The position numbers and the translations under genes are program-made. Of a stretch of DNA of 36,055 nucleotides, positions 9,946-17,095 are shown in pieces. The stretch lies in IMG/VR virus record IMGVR_UViG_3300045988_129084; one strand, written 5' to 3'. Below the pieces are notes generated by a model. The model made no database searches. It was not told the origin of the DNA and was given only the letters and a program-made list of their open reading frames with translations. Each line of letters begins with the position of its first letter. Position 1 is the stretch's first letter. This stretch comes from a virus.

Positions 9946-10655
9946 TTAACACGTTCTATCTGGACGCGGAAAGCGCCGAAGCCTACGGCCTTATAATGCT
10001 GGCCCCGCCTGACCACGTTGTCGCGGAAAGGGACATCGAGCGCAAGGAAGTGCCCGGACGTTCGGGGGACGTGATTATCGACAACGGCAGGTATAAAAAC
10101 GTAACTGTAAAATACAGCTGCGCGATTCTGCCGGAAGACGGCGTCCCCTACCGCACTACGGTTGCGCGGGCTGTCCAGTTTTTGAAATCCGGCCCCGCGT
10201 ACAAACAGCTGCGCAACACCTACGACCCAGACCGCTTCCGCGAAGCACGGGTGCAGGGCAGCTATTCGGTGGAAAGCATTGTCGAACAAGCTGGAAAGCT
10301 GGAAATTGCATTTGACTGCAAACCGCAGTTTTGGCTTGCGTCCGGCCTTGAAACGCTGGACCTGCGCGAAGGCGCAACCCTGCTGAACCCGACCAACCAA
10401 CCAGCGAAGCCCATTATTACCGTTTACGGCACCGGCCCCGGCGTTCTGACTGTGGGCGGAACACAATGCCGTATTTTGAAACTGGCGGACTATATAACGC
10501 TTGACTGTGAAAACGAAACGGCCCGGCGGGAAACCGCGAACAAAAACAGCGCTGTTTCCGTGGCCGAATTTCCCACGCTGGAAGGCAGCGTGGGCGTTTC
10601 ATGGGAAGGCGGAATTGACCGCGTAGAAATAGAACCGAGGTGGTGGACCCTGTGA
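9942..10655 (+). CDS. Distal tail protein (Dit)
   Basis: 237 aa, GTGA overlap with the TMP stop. N-terminus [17 protein letters not shown]... resembles siphovirus tail-family (Dit) proteins. Confidence 0.8.
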   Translation: MINTFYLDAESAEAYGLIMLAPPDHVVAERDIERKEVPGRSGDVIIDNGRYKNVTVKYSCAILPEDGVPYRTTVARAVQFLKSGPAYKQLRNTYDPDRFREARVQGSYSVESIVEQAGKLEIAFDCKPQFWLASGLETLDLREGATLLNPTNQPAKPIITVYGTGPGVLTVGGTQCRILKLADYITLDCENETARRETANKNSAVSVAEFPTLEGSVGVSWEGGIDRVEIEPRWWTL

Positions 10656-13600
10656 AGCCGAGACTGTACCCCGAAAACGAAACCAACTTTGAAAGCAACG
10701 GCCTGGGGCCGCTGTCTGACGCGCTGGCCTGCACCATCGAGGAAAACCGAAACGGCGCATTTGAACTGTCGATGGAATACCCGGTCACGGGCGTGCTGTT
10801 CGACGAACTGAAACACGGCAGCATTATTTTTGCCCCACCGAACGACAGCAGCGAACCGCAACCCTTCCGCGTGTACGGTAAAAGCACCCCGCTTTCGGGC
10901 GTTGTGACCGTGCGCGCCAAACACATAAGTTACCAGCTGTCGCACATCCCCGTTTCGCCGTTTACGGCAGGCAGCTGCGCGGCGGCCCTGCAAGGGCTTA
11001 AAACCAACGCCGTGGAGCCGTGCCCCTTCGACTTCTGGACCGACAAGGAAACCGTTGCAACCTTCACCGTAAAGGAACCGGCGTCAGCGCGTTCCCTGCT
11101 GGGTGGCGTAGCCGGGTCGGTGCTGGACGTGTACGGCGGCGAATACGAATTTAACCGCTACACGGTGAAGCTGCACAAGGCACGCGGAACCGACAGCGGG
11201 GTGGTTATCGCCTACGGCAAAAACCTGGTTGACATCGACCAGGAAGAAAGCATCGAAAACACGATAACGGGGGTTTACCCCTATTACAAGGACACCGACG
11301 GCAACGTGCTGGAACTGCCGGAAAAAGTGGTTTCCAGCGCGTCGGCGCATAACTTCCCCTACCCGCGAACGGTCCCGCTGGACTGTTCGCAAGAGTGGCA
11401 GGAAACACCGAGCGTCGAACAGCTGCGCGCCTATGCTGCGGCTTATGTCACAAGGGAAGGCATAGGCGTGCCGGCTGTATCGCTGAAAGTGTCTTTTGTC
11501 CCCCTGTGGCAGACCGAGGAATACAAGGCCATTGCCCCGGCGGAACGCTTAAACCTGTGCGATATTGCAACAGTGCGCTTTGAAAAGCTGGGCGTAAATG
11601 CGCGGGCCAAGGTTGTGCAGACCGTTTACGACGTGCTGGCCGGGCGTTATGAAAGCATTACGCTGGGCGAAGCAAGCACTAATCTGGCGGACACCATCGT
11701 AGCCCAGGACAAGGCCATAAACGCGAAGGCAGACACCAGCGACCTTGAAGCCGCTGCGGCCAACGCTTCGGCCTGGATAACCGGCAACAAGGGAGGCTAT
11801 GTTGTTTTGCGGCGCAATGCCGACGGCCAGCCTTATGAACTGCTTATCATGGACAAGCCGACCATTGAGGAAGCAACGAAAGTGTGGCGCTTCAACAAGT
11901 CGGGCCTGGGTTATTCGTCAACGGGCTATAATGGCACCTACGGTCTGGCAATGACCCAGGACGGGCAAATCGTTGCCGACTACATCACAACCGGCACGCT
12001 GTCGGCCAATCTGCTGCGCGCGGGCGTGCTGCAAGACAAAACAGGGAAAGTTTTCAAGCTGGACCTGGACGCGGGCACACTGGACGCGAATTTCACAAGC
12101 CTGCAAGTTTCCGGCAAGACCCCGGAACAGATTGCGGCGGAACAGGCCAAGGAAGCCGCAGCAGCGGCAGAGAAGGCCGCCAAGGAGGCCGCAGCAGCAG
12201 ACTTGAAAGAATACCAGGCCGCCGTTGAAAAGACCGTGCAGGACTTGCAGGGCCAAATTGACGGCAATATTACAACCTGGTTTTACCCCTATGCACCGAC
12301 GGCAGAAAACAAACCAGCAAGCGACTGGACGACGGAAACGGAACGGGAAGCCCATGCGGGCGATCTGTTCTACAATACCGACCAGGCCAGCGGCAAAGCA
12401 TACCGCTGGGCCATTGTGGGCGACGTTTGGCAATGGCTGTTGCTGGAAGATACCGACGTCGCAAAAGCCCTTGCAAACGCCAAGACCGCCCAGGACACCG
12501 CCGACGGCAAGCGCCGCACCTTTATTTCCACGCCCGTGCCCCCGTATGACGTGGGCGACCTGTGGGCGCAGGGAAAGGATGGCGCACTGCTGGCCTGCAT
12601 CAAGAAAAAGACCGGCAGCCAACTGTATAGTGCCGACGACTGGACGGATGCGGCCAACTACACCAAAGCCGCCGAAGCAATGCTGAAGGACTACGCAGAC
12701 ACCGTAAACGAACAGCTGGAAGGACTGGGCAGACAGATTGACGGGAAAACGGAAACCTGGTTTTACCCCTACGACCCTACGGCAAAGAACGAACCCGCAA
12801 GCGGTTGGAAAACAGAGGAAGACCGCAAGGCCCACGAAGGCGATCTGTTCTACAACACCGACCCGGCCAGCGGGAAAGCATACCGCTGGGCAAAGGACGG
12901 CGACGCATGGGCCTGGGCGCTTCTGCAAGACGCGGACGTGTCCGCAGCCCTTGCAGCGGCCAAGCAGGCCAAGGACACCGCCGACGGCAAGCGCCGCACC
13001 TTCATTTCCACGCCCGTGCCCCCGTATGACGTGGGCGACCTGTGGACACAAGGCGACGCGGGCGAACTGCTGGTGTGTACAACTGCCAAGGCCAGCGGCG
13101 CAGCATTTGCCGCAGGCGACTGGGCAAGCGCGGCAGACTACACGGCGCAGGCCGCCGAAGCCGGGCGGAACCTGATTTCTAATTCGGCTTACATCGGCGT
13201 AACTTCGACGTATACAGGATTCGACTTTACAGGAAACCAGGTAAAAATAACACTGACCGACGGAAACAGCGCGCGCAACGTAACAAGGCGGCTGACCGAG
13301 TACGGAATCCAAAGCCTGCGAAACAGGAAAATAACGGTTTCCTATGACTACAAAATTACCGAAGCGATAACTTACGCAGAGAACTACAGCGGCACGCCTG
13401 GCGCCTTGGGCCGCCTTGAAATCACTTTCGCGGACGGAACAAAGCAGCACATAAGCGCACCGCGCAACGACTTCAAGGCCCTGGGAACGGCGGCAATGGA
13501 CGACTTCGCCCGCGTTACCGCAACCGCAACCGTGCTGGACAGGGAAGTAACGGCGGCTGTTTTCAAGGTATTTTTCCAAGGCGCAACCGGCGCAATCATC

Positions 13601-14212
13601 TACAAAAATCCGAAGGTTGAACTGGGCGGAATCGCAACCGCCTGGACCCCTGCCCCGGAAGACACCACCCTGGCCGCCACTGCCCCGGCGCTTACACAGC
13701 AGGAAGTTTTTAACCGGCTGACAAACAACGGGCAGCTGCAAGGGCTGTACATGAGTGACGGCAAGCTGTACATCAATGCGCAGTATATCGCTGCCGGAAG
13801 AATTGCCAGCGTTGACGGGAAAAGCTATTTTGACCTTAACACAGGAAATGCCGTGCTGCGCGGATCCTTTTCCACCCTTGAACGGACGAATTCGACGGGA
13901 ACATACCGCGTTTTCTTCGATTCGGGAAATATCGCTTGCCAAAAGAAGAACGGCGATAACTGGGACAGCATAGGCTTCCTGTCCTGGAACTACGGCGTAA
14001 GCCCCCCGGAAACCTGGATAAAAGCGTCGCGCGTTGACGTACTAAATTCTTTGGACACCCCTGCGGTATGGCTGAGTGGCACAGGATACGGAAAGGCTTT
14101 GTATGCAGAAGACGGGCAGCGAAAGTTGTACGTTGACAACATAAACGGCCGCAGCGTGCAGTGGTATTGGGATTCTGCAATTTCTAAATGGGTCCTTGGC
14201 GCAAACGCTTAA
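10652..14212 (+). CDS. Tail-associated lysin/tip protein (Tal; prophage-endopeptidase-tail N-domain) with a long C-terminal extension
   Basis: ~1186 aa. GTG 10652 has RBS GAGGTGG and a GTGA overlap with the Dit stop; GTG 10640 is an alternative start. N-terminus ...LYPENETNFESNGLGPLSDALACTIEENRNGAFELSMEYP is typical of siphovirus Tal. Confidence 0.85.
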   Translation: MKPRLYPENETNFESNGLGPLSDALACTIEENRNGAFELSMEYPVTGVLFDELKHGSIIFAPPNDSSEPQPFRVYGKSTPLSGVVTVRAKHISYQLSHIPVSPFTAGSCAAALQGLKTNAVEPCPFDFWTDKETVATFTVKEPASARSLLGGVAGSVLDVYGGEYEFNRYTVKLHKARGTDSGVVIAYGKNLVDIDQEESIENTITGVYPYYKDTDGNVLELPEKVVSSASAHNFPYPRTVPLDCSQEWQETPSVEQLRAYAAAYVTREGIGVPAVSLKVSFVPLWQTEEYKAIAPAERLNLCDIATVRFEKLGVNARAKVVQTVYDVLAGRYESITLGEASTNLADTIVAQDKAINAKADTSDLEAAAANASAWITGNKGGYVVLRRNADGQPYELLIMDKPTIEEATKVWRFNKSGLGYSSTGYNGTYGLAMTQDGQIVADYITTGTLSANLLRAGVLQDKTGKVFKLDLDAGTLDANFTSLQVSGKTPEQIAAEQAKEAAAAAEKAAKEAAAADLKEYQAAVEKTVQDLQGQIDGNITTWFYPYAPTAENKPASDWTTETEREAHAGDLFYNTDQASGKAYRWAIVGDVWQWLLLEDTDVAKALANAKTAQDTADGKRRTFISTPVPPYDVGDLWAQGKDGALLACIKKKTGSQLYSADDWTDAANYTKAAEAMLKDYADTVNEQLEGLGRQIDGKTETWFYPYDPTAKNEPASGWKTEEDRKAHEGDLFYNTDPASGKAYRWAKDGDAWAWALLQDADVSAALAAAKQAKDTADGKRRTFISTPVPPYDVGDLWTQGDAGELLVCTTAKASGAAFAAGDWASAADYTAQAAEAGRNLISNSAYIGVTSTYTGFDFTGNQVKITLTDGNSARNVTRRLTEYGIQSLRNRKITVSYDYKITEAITYAENYSGTPGALGRLEITFADGTKQHISAPRNDFKALGTAAMDDFARVTATATVLDREVTAAVFKVFFQGATGAIIYKNPKVELGGIATAWTPAPEDTTLAATAPALTQQEVFNRLTNNGQLQGLYMSDGKLYINAQYIAAGRIASVDGKSYFDLNTGNAVLRGSFSTLERTNSTGTYRVFFDSGNIACQKKNGDNWDSIGFLSWNYGVSPPETWIKASRVDVLNSLDTPAVWLSGTGYGKALYAEDGQRKLYVDNINGRSVQWYWDSAISKWVLGANA
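12203..13162 (+). repeat. In-frame tandem duplication inside Tal: two 480-nt (160-aa) units, 12203..12682 and 12683..13162
   Basis: Register offset is exactly 480 nt (cctggttttacccct at 12276 and 12756). The stretch gacaccgccgacggcaagcgccgcacctt-atttccacgcccgtgcccccgtatgacgtgggcgacctgtgg occurs at 12493 and 12973 with one mismatch. Confidence 0.9.
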
Positions 14213-14229
14213 AAGGGGGTGAGAAAAAA

Positions 14230-14937
14230 ATGGAAGAACAGCAGATCCTTCAAAAAATCAACCTTGATTTTGCGCGGGCCGGAATCCCGCCGCGCGTCTT
14301 TGCAAAGCAGGGCGACAATAATATGCGCGTTGTGGCCGTGTCACTGTATAACGACGGGAAAGCCTATAAGGTCCCCGGCGGCTATGCCGTGAACGTGAGC
14401 GCCAAAAAGCCGGACGGCAAAAGCGTGTACAACCCCGCCACGGAAGTGGCCGGGAACGTCGCCTATATCACCCTTACCCAGCAAATGCTTGCCGTGCGCG
14501 GCATTGTCTCCGCCGAAATTGAAGTCGTGCGCGGGGCTGACACGCTGAAAACGGAAAAGTGGCAAATCAACGTTGAAGAATGCGCGAACCCGGAAAACCA
14601 GGTTGAAAGCACTGACGAATACAAGACCATACAGCAGCTTCTTGCCGAAACCGAAGCGGCCAAGACTGCGGCGGCTGAGTCTGCAAGCGCTGCGGCCAAG
14701 AGTGCGCAGGAAGCCAAAGACGCGGCGGCACAGGCGGCAGCGGACGCGAAAAAGGTTATTGACGAAGGCGTAAACGACAAACTGCAACAAATGCATAAAA
14801 TTCAAACCGACGTAACCGCCAAAGCCGACAAGGTAAGCACCGACGCGGCCAAAGTGGAAGGGTACGCCAAAGCTGCGCAATACCTTATCGGCTACAACAA
14901 AAAGAATATTTTAACCGTTTTCCTCTATGAGGAATAA
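14230..14937 (+). CDS. BppU-like baseplate upper protein (N-terminal BppU-type domain plus Ala-rich coiled coil)
   Basis: 235 aa from ATG 14230 (track start 14188 trimmed). N-terminus ...INLDFARAGIPPRVFAKQGDNNMRVVAVSLYNDGKAYKVP... resembles BppU_N. The A/E/K-rich helical stretch is typical of fibre stalks. Confidence 0.65.
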   Translation: MEEQQILQKINLDFARAGIPPRVFAKQGDNNMRVVAVSLYNDGKAYKVPGGYAVNVSAKKPDGKSVYNPATEVAGNVAYITLTQQMLAVRGIVSAEIEVVRGADTLKTEKWQINVEECANPENQVESTDEYKTIQQLLAETEAAKTAAAESASAAAKSAQEAKDAAAQAAADAKKVIDEGVNDKLQQMHKIQTDVTAKADKVSTDAAKVEGYAKAAQYLIGYNKKNILTVFLYEE

Positions 14938-14953
14938 CAGAAAGGACAGAACT

Positions 14954-16645
14954 ATGGGACTTACTGAATACGGGCACATTGCAACCGAGGAAACCCAGCT
15001 GCGCGTTGCCGACCTGCTGCAAGCAATCGCAGCGGGAAGCGCTGGCCCGGAATACACCGACGCGACCTTCAAGGCCCTGCTGGACGACACGAACACAACG
15101 GAGATTTTTTCCGCCTGGTGGCCGCTGTCCGCAGCATCGAACGACAGCAAATACAAGCGCCTGCTGCGCTTCTTTACCATGCTGCAAACCGACAAAACCT
15201 ACACCGTGAAATTTCCCAGCCCTGCCGTGTCCACAAACCCGGCGGGCACCCCGGCGGACGATCTGGCAGGAAAGAGCGCGGCAGCCTTGGCAACCGACAG
15301 CACAAACCCGGAAGACTGGGCGGCGGAAGACCGCATGACCTGGTATATTCGCGCCAACGCTGTGAGCCTGGCAGACGGAACTATGGACGTTCTTGCCATT
15401 GAGGGCGAAGAAGAATTTGACATCACCGGCACGCTGGCCCCTGTCTACACCTTCGCCCCTGCTCTGCTGCGCCGCGTTATCGACGACGGCAGCTACCTGT
15501 CGAAAAGCTGGCGCAGCACCTTGGCCGATGGCTTCACGCCCTACGCCGAAAACGTGGCACCGAATGGCAAGCGCCGCGCAATGACCTGGCACGCTACCTT
15601 CCCCGGCGGCTTGAACGCAAAGGGCGCACTTACCAGCGGCGCGGGCCTGCCTGTGGCGAACTTCAACAGCGCGGCCACGGGTCTGGCCCTGGCCCGCAAG
15701 CAAACTGCTTACGATTCTGTGTGGGGCGACTGTGACAGCCTGTATATGCTGGATATGTGGCAGCTGCGCCATTTCAACCTTGAAAATAGCCGCATTTTGG
15801 AAGGCTGCACCAGCTACAACCTGCAATATAAGGTTGCAGCCGCCGAAACCGGCGTGAAGCGTGTGCTGCTGACTGCTTCCCAGGCTTCGGGCTTCATTGT
15901 CGGCAGCACCGTTTCTGTGGGCGACAAGGGCAGCAACAGCAGCGTAGACCGTTACAATACATGGATGCGTGACATTGCCGACAGGGTAAAAGTTAAGAGC
16001 ATTGAAACCGTTACCGTCGGCGGCACCGACTATTCGGCGGTAAATTTGGACGTTGCGGACAGCTTCGACGTGCCCGAGACTGCCTATATCAGCTCTATGC
16101 CCTGGCACAGCGGCGCAACGGAAGCCCTGCCCGGCCATAGCGACGGCGCACCCGGCAGCCTGACGAACGGCAAATACCCGTGCCGTTGGGCTGGCGTTGA
16201 AATGCTGAACGGTGCCTACGTTATCGGCCTTGACCCGCTGTGGAACGTCACAACCGTGGACGGCGGCGTGACCTATACCGCTATGGCCTGCCGCGATTCG
16301 GAGAAAGAAGCCAGCAGCGTGACGGCCAACCATGTGAAAGTCGCAGAAAAGACCTTTACCAGCGTGAACGCCTGGAACTACGAACTTTCGATGCAGAACG
16401 ACAGCACCGAAAGCCTTCTGCCTGACAAGACCGGCGGCGGCGACACCGTGGGCATGAAGTCCGCGTTTTCTGTCAATGGCTCTGCGGGGGTCCGTTGCCC
16501 GTGGCGTTATGGCTCTTTGAGCCATGCTGGCGCTGCTGGCGCTGCCTGCGCGGCTGGCAACTTTTCCCCGGCGAGTTCGGACTGGCATGGCGTTCCCCGG
16601 CTTAAAGGATCGGGCAAAAAGCGGGGTGAATGGGCGGGCTTTTGA
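14954..16645 (+). CDS. DGR target protein: putative receptor-binding tail fibre/tip protein with a C-terminal variable region (C-type-lectin-fold type expected)
   Basis: 563 aa from ATG 14954 (RBS AAAGGA; track start 14927 trimmed). It is the last structural gene after Tal and the BppU-like gene. The VR occupies codons near the C-terminus (...SAFSVNGSAGVRCPWRYGSLSHAGAAGAACAAGNFSPASSDWHGVPR...). Confidence 0.85.
   Translation: MGLTEYGHIATEETQLRVADLLQAIAAGSAGPEYTDATFKALLDDTNTTEIFSAWWPLSAASNDSKYKRLLRFFTMLQTDKTYTVKFPSPAVSTNPAGTPADDLAGKSAAALATDSTNPEDWAAEDRMTWYIRANAVSLADGTMDVLAIEGEEEFDITGTLAPVYTFAPALLRRVIDDGSYLSKSWRSTLADGFTPYAENVAPNGKRRAMTWHATFPGGLNAKGALTSGAGLPVANFNSAATGLALARKQTAYDSVWGDCDSLYMLDMWQLRHFNLENSRILEGCTSYNLQYKVAAAETGVKRVLLTASQASGFIVGSTVSVGDKGSNSSVDRYNTWMRDIADRVKVKSIETVTVGGTDYSAVNLDVADSFDVPETAYISSMPWHSGATEALPGHSDGAPGSLTNGKYPCRWAGVEMLNGAYVIGLDPLWNVTTVDGGVTYTAMACRDSEKEASSVTANHVKVAEKTFTSVNAWNYELSMQNDSTESLLPDKTGGGDTVGMKSAFSVNGSAGVRCPWRYGSLSHAGAAGAACAAGNFSPASSDWHGVPRLKGSGKKRGEWAGF
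16459..16600 (+). repeat. DGR variable region (VR)
   Basis: Aligns without gaps to 16743..16884 (offset 284). There are 14 mismatches, 13 of them opposite TR adenines. Homology ends abruptly after ggcgttccccgg. Confidence 0.92.
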
Positions 16646-16653
16646 CCGCCCAG

Positions 16654-16675
16654 AGGGGCAGCAGGCCCCTTTTTG
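16654..16675 (+). terminator. Rho-independent terminator after the DGR target gene
   Basis: AGGGGC-agcag-GCCCCT stem followed by TTTTT. Confidence 0.6.
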
Positions 16676-16687
16676 AATAGAAAACAA

Positions 16688-16725
16688 ACCACCGGCCTTC
16701 CACGAACGGAAGGGCGGTGGTTTTT
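16688..16725 (+). terminator. Strong rho-independent terminator between VR and TR
   Basis: ACCACCGGCCTTCC-acgaac-GGAAGGGCGGTGGT gives a 13 bp stem with one G.G mismatch, followed by TTTTT. Confidence 0.75.
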
Positions 16726-16742
16726 GGGTAATACGGCGCTGG

Positions 16743-16884
16743 GTCCGCGTTTTATGTCAATGGCTCTGCGGGGGTCCGTTGCCCGTGGCGTTATGGCAAT
16801 TTGAACAATGCTGGCATTGCTGGCGCTGCCTGCGCGAATGGCAACAATTCCCCGGCGAATTCGAACTGGAATGGCGTTCCCCGG
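16743..16884 (+). repeat. DGR template repeat (TR)
   Basis: Non-coding copy of the VR. It contains 23 adenines, all at codon positions 1 or 2 when read in the VR frame. Twenty of them sit in ten AAY codons. Confidence 0.92.
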
Positions 16885-17095
16885 TCTACTGAAATTTTAA
16901 GGCACAGCCCAAAGCTGTGCCGCATTGCGTTGTGTTATCCGTGCCGAAAGCTAAAATCATGTGAGACCGACACCGCGCCCGGTTTCGGGCGGGGCTATGC
17001 GCTGCGGGCGCATGGCGGGGCAAGTAGTAGAACACCGAGACCCTGCACGAAGGGCCACGGCAACCGAAAGCCCTTGCACATCAGTAAGTATTTTT
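16885..17095 (+). ncRNA. DGR spacer region (structured RNA between TR and RT, part of the TR-RNA)
   Basis: No credible ORF. There are several GC-rich hairpins: 16901-16921 (GGCACAGC/GCTGTGCC), 16976-16991 (CGCCCG/CGGGCG) and 16994-17016 (9 bp with one G.U). Confidence 0.55.
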
